Shown here: in pieces, positions 37,861-50,204 of the stretch | Layout: each line of letters opens with the position of its first letter | Position numbering within the stretch: position 1 is the stretch's first letter | Assembly: GCA_030141605.1 (NCBI GenBank) | Contig: JAQGDQ010001003.1 | Coordinates: 7,176-71,175 of the forward strand | Source: Tubiluchus corallicola | Lineage: Eukaryota > Animalia > Priapulida | Direction of reading: 5' to 3' | Length of the DNA stretch: 64,000 nucleotides | Program-made: the position numbers and the translations under genes | The notes under the pieces: model-generated | Seen by the model: the letters and a program-made list of their open reading frames with translations, nothing else | The model's database searches: none | Told to the model about the DNA's origin: nothing

Positions 37861-38515
37861 TTAGAAAAATCTGGAGAAAAATCGACATCTATTCGCTTGC
37901 TGTAGCATGCTTGTGCAGATGTTTTATTGACAGACATATAGTCACTGCGGGATGGCCATATGGCTGCCTCATTTACATGGCTTCCAAAAATGTGTGCCAG
38001 CCGTGCACGAGGCGTTTATGAGTAACTTGGCTTCGGTAATAAACAGCATTTTCAGGCATTTGTACTTTCTGATAATGCTAGTGCAAAACTAGCTTTAAAA
38101 AAACTTGGCTTCTGTTGGAATTGCGTTTTTTCTCATGAATGAATGTTTTGTAAGTGAAAAAACTAGTTCGGATACCTACTTCCGCTAAATTTACCAGCCG
38201 GCAAAACTGATGGCAGTGAATGATAATAGCCAAATTACAATTACCAACTGGCAAACGATACAAACAACTGACAAGGACAAGTGATTCGTTAACCGCCATC
38301 AATATGTTTACAGAAAGCCAATAGCAATGACTCTACAGGAAGCCACTAGCAATAACAACAACAGTTCTGTAGAAAGCCACAAACATTGAAAGTGTAAGAA
38401 AGAATTAATTGTGGGAAACTGCTGCCATGGTTCCTAAATGAAACCACTAACAATAATTTTTGTAGGTACCATTAATCCGTGTCCTGCACGAAACCACTAA
38501 CGTAGATCCTGCTTG

Positions 38516-39815
38516 AAATCACTAACAATGATTTTTGTAAGTAACTATTGTTAATACTTCCATAAGTAATTACTAATATAGGTTCCATGGGAAACCACTA
38601 ATAATGATTTTTGTAAGTAACTATTGTTAATACTTCCATAAGTAATTACTAATATAGGTTCCATGGGAACCACTAACAATGATTTTTGTAAGTAACTATT
38701 GTTAATACTTCCATGAGTAATTACTAATATTGGTTATATGGGAAAACACTAACAATGATTTTTGTAAGTGACTATTGTTAATACTTCCATGAGTAATTAC
38801 TAATATAGGTTCAATGGGAAACCATTAATAATGATTTTTGTAAGTGACTATTGCTAATACTTCCACGAGTAATTACTAATATAGGTTCCATGGGAAACCA
38901 CTAATAATGATTTTTGTAAGTAACTATTGTTAATACTTCCATGAGTAATTACTAATATAGGTTCCATGGGAAACCACTAATAATGATTTTTGTAAGTGAC
39001 TATTGCTAATACTTCCACGAGTAATTACTAATATAGGTTCCATGGGAAACCATTAATAATGATTTTTGTAAGTAACTATTGTTAATTCTTCCATGAGTAA
39101 TTAGTAATATAGGTTCCATGGGAACCACTAACAATGATTTTTGTAAGTAACTATTGTTAATACTTCCACGAGTAATTACTAATATAGGTTCCATGGGAAA
39201 CCACTAACAATTATTTTTGTAACTATTGTTAATACTTCCATGAGTAATTACTAATACAGGTTCCATGGGAAACCATTAATAATGATTTTTGTAAGTAACT
39301 ATTGTTAATACTTCCGTGAGTAATTAGTAATATAGGTTCCATGGGAAACCACTAATAATGATTTTGTAAGTAACTATTGTTAATACTTCCGTGAGTAATT
39401 ACTAATATAGGTTCCATGGGAAACCACTAATAATGATTTTGTAAGTAACTATTGTTAATACTTCCGTGAGTAATTAGTAATATAGGTTCCATGGGAAACC
39501 ACTAACAATTATTTTTGTAACTATTGTTAATACTTCCATGAGTAATTACTAATATAGGTTCCATGGGAAACCACTAATAATGATTTTTGTAAGTAACTAT
39601 TGTTAATACTTCCGTGAGTAATTACTAATATAGGTTCCATGGGAAACCACTAATAATGATTTTTGTAAGTAACTATTGTTAATACTTCCATAAGTAATTA
39701 CTAATATAGGTTCCATGGGAAATCACTAACAATGATTTTTGTAAGTAACTATTGTTAATACTTCCATGAGTAATTACTAATACAGGATCTATGGGAAACC
39801 ACTAACAATCATTTT
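38516..39815 (-). repeat. 75-76-bp satellite, about 17 copies
   Basis: aaaccactaataatgatttttgtaag-taactattgttaatacttccatgag-taattactaatataggttccatggg. Confidence 0.93.
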
Positions 39816-40404
39816 TGAAGAAAACTATTAGCAAATGTCCTGCGGGAAACCACTAAAAATGTTTTTTTTGTAGAAACCTAGTAACAACAGTTTTGTGGGA
39901 CACTACTTAACATATGTTATAAGGATTATATACTAACCATTAACAGTGGTCCTGCTGGAAACCACTAGGTCCACATGAAACTACAAACAAAGACTACAAA
40001 AACCGATTCCGTAGAATTCAAAGCCTTATACAATATTTCTAGCTACCAGTCACTAACGTTTCTGTCACTTCTGGGAAATCTTTGTCTATAGTTGCCAGGA
40101 AACCACTAATAATTGTAGCATTCTGAAAGAACCCGCTGATACTGTGGCAACTCAGTAAAGAAAATGGTAACACTGATTTCAGTAGGAACTACTAACAATG
40201 AGGTTTTTGAAGTCTTGTATGAAATACAGAAAACAGCGAATGCATTCATTCAAAGTAATTTCTTCATTACATTGATTATCAATAATTTGTTTATTTACAT
40301 GATACATTTGGTATTAAATGCGTACTTTCAAATGTTAGGTGCTATCTTGGCTTTTTTAAAGCCGTACCTTGTTGTAATATTTACCTTAAAAGTGTTTTGA
40401 TAGA

Positions 40405-41227
40405 TGCAAAGTTTGTACCACTCTACTAACAGTTAGTTTGTTGCTTGCAAGGATTGTACCACCTTACAAACAATTAGTTTGCTGTGGGCAAAGATTGTAC
40501 TATACTATGAACAGTTAGTTTGTTGCTTTCAAGGATTGTACCACCTTACAAACAATTAGTTTGCTGTGGGCAAAGATTGTACTATACTATGAACAGTTAG
40601 TTTGTTGCTTGCAAGGATTGTACCACCTTACAAACAATTAGTTTGCTGTGTGCAAAGGTTGTACTATACTATGAACAGTTAGTTTGTTGCTTGCAAGGAT
40701 TGTACCACCTTACAAACAATTAGTTTGCTGTGGGCAAAGATTGTACTATACTATGAACAGTTAGTTTGTTGCTTTCAAGGATTGTACCACCTTACAAACA
40801 ATTAGTTTGCTGTGGGCAAAGATTGTACTATACTATGAACAGTTAGTTTGTTGCTTGCAAGGATTGTACCACCTTACAAACAATTAGTTTGCTGTGTGCA
40901 AAGGTTGTACTATACTATGAACAGTTAGTTTGTTGCTTGCAAGGATTGTACCACCTTACAAACAATTAGTTTGCTGTGGGCAAAGATTGTACTATACTAT
41001 GAACAGTTAGTTTGTTGCATGCAAGGATTGTACCACCTTACAAATAATTAGTCTGCTGTGTGCAAAGATTGTGCTATAGTATGAACAGATAGTTTGTTGC
41101 ATTCAATGATTGTACAACCTTACAAATAATTAGTTTGCTGTGTGCAAAGACTGTACAATGCCATAAGCAGTTAGCCTGCATGCAAGGATTGTAGCACGCT
41201 ACAAACAGTTACTTTGCTCTGTGCAAG
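40405..41227. repeat. 82-bp higher-order repeat made of two 41-bp units
   Basis: gattgtaccaccttacaaacaattagtttgctgtgggcaaa alternates with gattgtactatactatgaacagttagtttgttgcttgcaag. Confidence 0.92.
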
Positions 41228-41396
41228 TGTATATAATAGGGCAGATTGCGCTTTGGCTTGAGAAAGTGTAAACTATTTAATTATAAGACGCTGAGAATAT
41301 TGAGTTACTGTAATTCTGTACTGTCACTTTCTAAACTAAACAAAATGGTTTCCTGACTTCAACAAAAGATGTCATTTGTTTTGCAGGCTGCAAGTA

Positions 41397-41890
41397 CAGT
41401 GGACTCTCGTTATAAGAATCACCTCGGGAGAAGGCAAAATGATTATCATAACAAGCGATTCTTATAACGAGCATGACCCAGAATTGCTTTAAAAAATTTT
41501 TATGCACATAAAAATTATTTATTTCCCGAAATCACGCTAGAAACGACATGAAACAGCATAATGTTTTTCTGGCCTAAAAAGGACCTAAAAATTACTAGAC
41601 TAATGTTTTCATTTCATGGTTGGGTAAATATTTCATGATGCCAGAATTGCCTTAAAAATTTTTTAATGCACATAATTTTTTTCCGCCACGCCCACTGCGC
41701 AGAACCTTGTAAGCAGGGCGTGAGAGACAATGGAGTTGGCGCCAAAATTGATTCTACTATCGAAAGAAGGGTGATTCTTATACGAGCGGATTTTCACTAG
41801 GAAAATGCTGATTCAATTCGGGAAACGCGATTTTGATTCTTATATCGAGCTGATTCTTATACGTATGATTCTTGTAACGAGAGTCCACTG
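41397..41890. mobile_element. pogo/Tigger MITE, family 2
   Basis: TA|CAGTGGACTCTCGTTATAAGAATCA...TGATTCTTGTAACGAGAGTCCACTG|TA, a 25-bp TIR with one mismatch. Confidence 0.88.
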
Positions 41891-42696
41891 TATTATGTTT
41901 ATGATAATAAAAACGCGAGGGCAGTTCGCAAACGAAAAATTTTTAGTCAGAGAAGTGAAAGAAAGATAATAGAAAGAAAGAAAAACTGCAGAGGCCTCGA
42001 TGTTTAGGGCAATGTACTCAGATACTCAAAGAGCAATCAAAATTGCTGGATGGGATATCAGTTATTGTGTCAAAGAGGGTTGTAGGTATAGAGTACTACG
42101 CAGCAGGAGGGAAGATTTTGTTCTAGTGTGATAGTAAGTCATGTTTGCAAAGTCACCACGTCACTCTTGAGTCACCACAGCTGCTGAGGCTGCTGATGTT
42201 ATCAGATTCTTAAGAACTTTAAAGAAGCTTGTTAAGCACTCGAAAGAAGCCATTATTATGATTTCGCTTATTGGAATTCACTCAAAATGGGAGTGGGGGA
42301 AGGGGGAGGCTGAAAGAGGTGATTCAGACGAAATGTTGAAGAATAAAAAGTTCTCTTGTTAGATTGTAGGTGGCGCCATCGCGTCATGAACATAGATGTT
42401 GTTGCGTAGCGTTTTCCCCGGTCGAGTCCTTAGAAAGAAAAATATGTTGACGGCGCTGACGAGAGTGATAAGAGCAGTCACAGTGATGACGTCGGCAACT
42501 TGGCTGGGACGCCGTCACACTGGATGAGAACGTGAACGTTGACCATAATGATAGCGACAGCGACATTTTTGTAGTTGTCAACGGGGTGTAACTTACCGCC
42601 AGAGTGATGCATTACTTTTCTTCCAACCGTGATTCGTAATACGATAGTTCCTGCGTGAACTAGTGTTTTGTGTACCTCAAAATCGACTTTAAATAA

Positions 42697-43362
42697 ACTA
42701 CTTACTTACTCACTCACTCACTTACTTACTTGTATACTTACTGATTTGCTTACTTACTTACTTACATACATACATACTTACGTACTTGCTTACTTATATA
42801 TTTACTGACTTGCTTACATATTTACTTTCTTACATATATACTTACTTACATACTCGCGTACTTACTTACTTACGTATTTACTTATTTGCTTACTTACCTA
42901 AGTACTTATGTACTTCCTTACTTATATACTTACTGACTTGCTTACTTACTTACATACATACTTACGTACTTGCTTACTTATATATTTACTGACTTGCTTT
43001 TCCGTACTTACTTTCTTACATACATACTTACTTACGTACTCGCTTACTTACTTACTTACTTACTTACGTAATTACTTATTTGCTTACTTACGTACACACG
43101 TACTTGCTTACTTATATTATATATTTACTGACTTGCTTACGTACTTACTTTCTTACATATATACTTACTTACGTACTCGCTTACTTACTTACTTACTTAC
43201 TTACGTAATTACTTATTTGCTTACTTACTTTTGTACATACGTACTTACTTACTTATATACTTACTGATTTACTTTCTTACATACATACTTACTTACTTCC
43301 TAAGTACTCACGTACTTACTTATTTACTTTCTTTCTTATTGTCTTACGTATTTACTTACTAA
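42697..43362. repeat. Degenerate (TACT)n microsatellite
   Basis: Direct reading. Confidence 0.88.
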
Positions 43363-43777
43363 CTCACTGTACTAAAATTTGCACACGAAGAATTTTGTTA
43401 ACTACTGTTAGCAGAAATAATATCCTTCTTAAATATTCCCTCTCCCCCCAATTATTGATACTTGGAAAAATTGCCTTGAAGTGCTTCTTTACAGTTGTTT
43501 GTGATGTCGGTTTAGCTGCGCAGTTAAGCTCGAACAGCTCGCTGTGCTTATTAGTAAACATTATGTTACGACTGTAGAGATATGGCAGCTCATGTTCACC
43601 TCATGTTGGTGGTGGAAAACCATGAACAAGATTCTTACTGTATGTAATTCTCGTGATTGCACTGCTGGGAGACGTCCATAATGCATCTCCCAGGAGTCTG
43701 AAGGGTGAACGTTGTTATTACAGTATTTCATAGTAAAGCAAAATGTATTATAGTAGACGTTAACGGGGTATGTACCA

Positions 43778-45515
43778 CGATGCACTTGGCTGATAAGAGT
43801 CATGGTTGAACAACTTTTTTTACTGTTTATGACTTCGTGCATTGTAGAATATCCCATGATGCACTTGGCTGAGAAGAGTCATGGTTGAACAATTTTTTTA
43901 CTGTTTATGACTTCGTGCATTGTGGAATATCCCATGATGCACTTGGCTGAGAACAGTCGTGGTTGAACAACGTTTTTACTGTTGATAACTTCGTGCATTG
44001 TGGAATATCCCATGATGCACTTGGCTGAGAAGAGTCATGGTTGAACAACTTTTTTACTGTTTATGACTTCGTGCATTGTGGAATATCCCATGATGCACTT
44101 GGCTGAGAAGAGTCATGGTTGAACAACTTTTTTACTGTTGATAACTTCGTGCAGTGTAGAATATCCATGATGCACTTGGCTGAGAACAGTCGTGGTTGAA
44201 CAACGTTTTTACTGTTGATAACTTCGTGCATTGTGGAATATCCCACGATGCACTTGGCTGAGAAGAGTCATGGTTGAACAACTTTTTTACTGTTTATGAC
44301 TTCGTGCATTGTGGAATATCCCATGATGCACTTGGCTGAGAAGAGTCATGGTTGAACAACTTTTTTACTGTTGATAACTTCGTGCAGTGTAGAATATCCA
44401 TGATGCACTTGGCTGAGAAGAGTCATGGTTGAACAACTTCTTTACTGTTTATGACTTCGTGCAGTGTAGAATATCCCATGATGCACTTGGCTGAGAAGAG
44501 TCATGGTTGAACAACTTTTTTACTGTTTATGACTTCGTGCAGTGTAGAATATCCCATGATGCACTTGGCTGAGAAGAGTCATGGTTGAACAACTTTTTTA
44601 CTGTTTATGACTTCGTGCAGTGTAGAATATCCATGATGCACTTGGCTGAGAAGAGTCATGGTTGAACAACTTTTTTACTGTTTATAACTTCATGCATTGT
44701 GGAATATCCCATGATGCACTTGGCTGAGAAGAGTCATGGTTGAACAACTTTTTTACTGTTGATAACTTCGTGCATTGTAGAATATCCATGATGCACTTGG
44801 CTGAGAAGAGTCATGGTTGAACAACTTCTTTACTGTTTATGACTTCGTGCATTGTGGAATATCCCATGATGCACTTGGCTGAGAAGAGTCATGGTTGAAC
44901 AACGTTTTTACTGTAGATAACTTTGTTTATTGTGGAATATCCCATGATGCACTTGGCTGAGAAGAGTCATGGTTGAACAACTTTTTTACTGTAGATAACT
45001 TCGTGCATTGTGGAATATCCCATGATGCACTTGGCTGAGAAGAGTCATGGTTGAACAACTTTTTTACTGTTTATGACTTCGTGCATTGTAGAATATCCCA
45101 TGATGCACTTGGCTGAGAAGAGTCATGGTTGAACAACTTTTTTTACTGTTTATGACTTCGTGCATTGTAGAATATCCCATGATGCACTTGGCTGAGAAGA
45201 GTCATGGTTGAACAACTTTTTTTACTGTTTATGACTTCGTGCATTGTGGAATATCCCATGATGCACTTGGCTGAGAAGAGTCATGGTTGAACAACTTTTT
45301 TTACTGTTTATGACTTCGTGCATTGTAGAATATCCCATGATGCACTTGGCTGAGAAGAGTCATAAAACAAACATTTTTTCTGTTATAACTTCGTGCATTG
45401 TGAATATCCCATGATGCACTTGGCTGAGAAGAGTCATGGTTGAACAACTTTTTTACTGTTTATGACTTCGTGCAGTGTAGAATATCCCATGATGCACTTG
45501 GCTGAGAAGAGTCAT
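43778..45515. repeat. 78-bp satellite, about 22 copies
   Basis: tgatgcacttggctgagaagagtcatggttgaacaacttttttactgtttatgacttcgtgcattgtggaatatccca. Confidence 0.95.
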
Positions 45516-46684
45516 GCGTTCTTACGCACGAGCTGTCGAACGTGTGCAGTGCGTCGCAAACTAACACATCTGAACTGACATTGAACTACAACAAGTGTTT
45601 TTTTGTGTCCTATTTTACAGGCCCCATTTTAACTATCGAATGACAAAATGATGAACATGAAAATGTGTTTGTGTGGTAATAATTCTTTCAAGTAAGTCAT
45701 TTCTGAAAAAATAGCATGTTTCCTTTCAATATTTTACAGAGCAGATTGTTTTGACCTGCATTTTAAGATTGGGTCCGGTTTTGCTTTAAGAATTGAAGAC
45801 CGAAACGATGTAAAAATGTATTCAATTTTCTCATTTTTTTTAGGAAAGTTATAAAATGGCAGTTCCGTATAATACATATATTTATTAATTTTATTCCAGT
45901 ACAAGTGCACGACATAATAATAACAATAATGGCAGCTGACAATGGCTGCCATTTCTGTTGCCATCAACATCATTTCATGTATTCATCATCATCGTCATGT
46001 TTTTTTTGTAGACAGCAGGTGCTCGCTAAGCTGGACGTTTAGTTTGTGTGAGTGATGTTACTGAGTTCTCAAAGTTTATTAAGAAATTTTTGTATTTCAA
46101 TAGTACAATCAAGAAAAGAGTACAAGTATTGTCGCTAAGTGGAAAAAAGTTGCAACCGTTTTACACTTACTAACTGCATAGAATTGGAAATACTTTGTTT
46201 TGTCAGCGATATAAATCTAGTGCAGAGGTCTGCCAACTCTTATAAAGTTATATCTGTCAGTAACAAAAATCAAGTTTTTATTGTGAATTGCACTCACAGA
46301 TGGCAGCACCGTGTATTTGAAGAATTTTCGAAGCCGGTACAGGCTGGCGTCTGCAGATTGTACTGTTAGTTGTCAGCTAACGAATCTAAACCTACTTGAA
46401 TAAATCTTATGGGGGCTTCCAAGTTCTGTCTAGCACACCACCACATCATCAGCAGTAGCAATGAGAACACGCTGCCGTCCCACTGCTGTTAATCTGGCTA
46501 GTTGTTAAAAGATTATAACACACCACAAACGGTTAGTTCTAGCAGCACATGTGTTTATAAAGCGCCGGACGCGTGTTCTAATTGACCGGATTTAGTAGTT
46601 TGTAAACTAGTCATTCAGGTTGATTGATAACAACAGATTAACAACAGACCCGTTTTCTGTTAGCAAGCATCTCTTTTGCCAATT

Positions 46685-47190
46685 AATGAATTATGAATTT
46701 ATTCCACAGCAACTCAAACATACATATAAATTGATATAACATTGAAAAAAATAAATAAACTATGCGAGTTACTGTGAGGGAGGGGGAAGGAGCATTGAAC
46801 TTTCGAGTCCTCCTCCAGATAAGTGAAGCAATTGACAATTAACATTACATTTTCATCAGTTATAGCATACATTAGAACAAAACAACTTTTGTTAGTAACT
46901 TAAAATCAGGATGAGTAAAATTGTGAGTTAATTATACCGTTGTAGTAGGTAATTCTTTGATGCTTTTTTAAATTGATAAAGATTAAGAGTTTTCATTTCA
47001 TGCGGAATTGATGACCATAGTTTAATAGCATTATATTTAGATGACTGTTTCATTATATTTGTTTTTGGAAGTTGGAGTACATAGTTTTCGATTGAATATC
47101 TTGTGTAATGATCATGTTGATTTGAAACTGGACTAAAGTATGACTGAAAAGCTGGTGGAAGTAGTGAATTATGATGATAATGTTTCAAAC
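46685..47190 (-). mobile_element. 5'-truncated LINE (L2/CR1-group-like) ORF2 end plus 3' UTR
   Basis: LPPAFQSYF...HDHYTR...LPKTNIMKQSSKYNAIKLWSSIP...FKKASKNYLL, followed by a UTR with AATAAA and a short repeat tail. Confidence 0.78.
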
Positions 47191-48669
47191 GTTTCCTTAT
47201 AAATTTATTCGGTCTTTATCCCTCTTCTGTACAAGCTACTCTAAGCTTTGCTGTATCAATTACCTTCTGCAGGAGTCATTTTCCCAACTAGCCTTTTCAC
47301 AGTTGCCAGACAATGTTTTTGTGTACACTTGACAACGCCTTGCAGCCCCTGCTATTGTTGTGCTACCTTCTTATAAAAAACTCCAACAACATAATTGTGT
47401 AATTGTATCGTTTAATCTGAAAACAAATAAGGTAATTTTATATAATTTTGCTCAATTTTACGGCGAAATCTAAACCAAATTGATCTAATTAACTTTAACA
47501 AACTTTAATGCAAATTATAAAATCTAATCTCTAGTCTTTTTAATAAACAAAGGTCCAAGATTTAAGAAATTAATAAATCAACTTACATGATGATCTTGTA
47601 TAAGTGTAATTATGAAATTATAACAACAAATCAATAAATGACGCTAAACAATCTGTCACTGCAGTGTGTGAACGCCTGAGTTACTCCAATCTACAGGTAA
47701 GTGTACAGGTAAAAGCCTGGTCACATGACCTGTTTAAAAGGAAACCGGTTTATAACTGAAAAGAGGGGGCAACACAAGTTTAAATCGGCACAATTGTAAT
47801 AGTAACAGTTTTAACACCTAGCTAGAACCTTACCTCGTTCATTTTTTCTTGTTCTCAAGTGAGATCCTGCTAGTAAATCACTCTACACACAGACTAGTGC
47901 ATAATTAAGTAAAGTCCACAAGAAACCACTGAAGTTACTGAACTGGTGCGGCAGACGGGTTTGTTTTACCCACACGTCACATGCCGATTGCAGTTGAGAT
48001 GCATTGCTGTTGTACACTTAACTGTAGACCTACAGCAACTGCGCATGCGCATGACGAAACTATGAACAGGCTTATTGGGTTGGGTATTTGAGAAGTTTCT
48101 GTAGTTCATCTGTACGCATGCGCGTAGTTGCAAGTGCAGAATGCTTTGTAAAAAGTTTTCTGGGTCAGTTTTGCTGCTTGTGTGTAGTAGCTTCCCAATC
48201 TTTGGCTCTGAAGTAACACCGCTGAGTTTTTTCTTGTCTTTCAGAATTTTTTTAGTTTTGCTTTCTTTAGTTAGGCACCGTTTAGTTCTTCGATTTTTCC
48301 AGACCTTTTTTGTGTTCACCTGTCTTTATCAGTAATCACCTACAGTATATTAGTTTTTACAAATTTAATCCTAGCATCGTACAATTTACATTATTAATTT
48401 GGTTTTGAATTTTATTTAAAGTACTTATTTTGCAGTCATTCGCATCAGGTGCTGTAATGCACAGTATACATTAGAGAATATTTATTGAAAAACAGACATA
48501 ACTTTTATGCATACTATTGTATAATGTTATTATAATGTAATTAACTGCAATAACTGTAGCTATATTTCATATATCATGCATGTAGGGTATTTGTGTAAAA
48601 AATGCATTGTACTTCTGCAAATGAAGAATAGATTAGATTTATTATATACATATATATATATATATATAT

Positions 48670-49391
48670 AAGCACAAAATATCACAAAATAACACATAAG
48701 CACACAATATCATAAACAATGACATAAGCACACAATATCATAAACAATAACACATAGGCACACAATATCATAAACAATAACATAAGCACACAATATCATA
48801 AACAATAACATAGCACAGAATATCATAAACAATAACGTAAGCACACAATATCATAAACAATGACATAAGCACACAATATCATAAACAATGACATAGCACA
48901 CAATATCATAAACAATGACATAGCACACAATGTCATAAACAATGACATAGCACACAATATCATAAACAAAACCGTAAGCACACAATATCACAAACAGTAA
49001 CCTAAGCACACAATATTACAAACAATAACATAAGCACACAATATCATAAACAATAACATCACAAATTTCCGGATATTACACTGATGAAGACATAACATAT
49101 ATAAATAATATAAATAATAAATTGTTTATAATATATATATTACATTATTGTTTATGATATTGTGTGCTATGTTATTGTTTATGATATTGTGTGCTTATGT
49201 GTTATTTTGTGATATTTTGTGTTTATATTATTGTTTATGATATTGTGTGCTATGTTATTGTTTATGATATTGTGTGCTATGTTATTGTTTATGATATTGT
49301 GTGCTTATGTCATTGTTTATGATATTGTGTGCTTATGTCATTGTTTATGATATTGTGTGCTTATGTCATTGTTTATGATATTGTGTGCTTA
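48670..49391. repeat. Two oppositely oriented arrays of a 28-29-bp unit
   Basis: (agcacacaatatcataaacaataacata)n at 48670-49058 and its reverse complement at 49145-49391. Confidence 0.92.
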
Positions 49392-49961
49392 CCATGCATA
49401 TTCTTAGGTGTAGTTTCTTGAGAACAATAGTCATAGAATCTTTCCCATGAATAAGGAAAATAAAGGTTGACGGTCATTTGAAAGTCATAGCAGACTGAAC
49501 TGTAATTGGAATTCATAATTAGCATAATTATACTCCATTTAGTGGTAATTTTACACCGTTTAGTTGTAACTGAACAATGTGTAATGAATAAAAACTGTAG
49601 AATTTAGTTGTAACATTACTGTAATTGCTTGGAATATTTATTATAGCTTTGCGGTGATCATAGTACTAGCTAGCTTTGCTTGTGTACTTCTGGTTTTATA
49701 GTACTTGACACAAAATACTCAAAAATCTGTTGCAGACTTCAGTATTTCGAAGTGTTGACCATGCAACAGTCCAACGATGGACGCAAATGTTGTCACATTT
49801 TTGAATTTACCGGACCGTGTGCCACTTTAGCATTTTCGTACGAAAATGATTTTAGAGGAGGTTGTGCACTTTCTTTGTAACCAAACTGAGTGAACGTTTT
49901 TGGTGTTAGCAGGCTATTAAAGAGAACTGCTATTATTTATGTATATTTTTTCCCTTTGCAG

Positions 49962-50084
49962 AGCGGAGAATGGATACGGGTAAAGATCCACCAGATGGAG
50001 CCGGATATGCTGGAGGTGGGATCCACTCTGGCACAAGCGATGGCGTTACGTGATCAACATGACGAGATGTTAGCAAAACTGCAG
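49962..50084 (+). CDS. CCDC141: CCDC141-like exon 2
   Basis: tttttccctttgcAG|AGC...CAG|GTAACC, 123 nt. SGEWIRVKIHQMEPDMLEVGST...HDEMLAKLQ versus recalled [22 protein letters not shown]...HELLLAKLK. Confidence 0.88.
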
Positions 50085-50161
50085 GTAACCTGGCTCACCT
50101 TGTATGAACATTTTCACATCACACATGCACACACGCATGCACACACATGTGCGTAATAAAA

Positions 50162-50204
<43 letters not shown>

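Noticed and set aside
29315-46312. CTCF-like words near 29320, 42366 and 46298
   Set aside because: Partial matches only; they cannot be distinguished from chance without a PWM scan.
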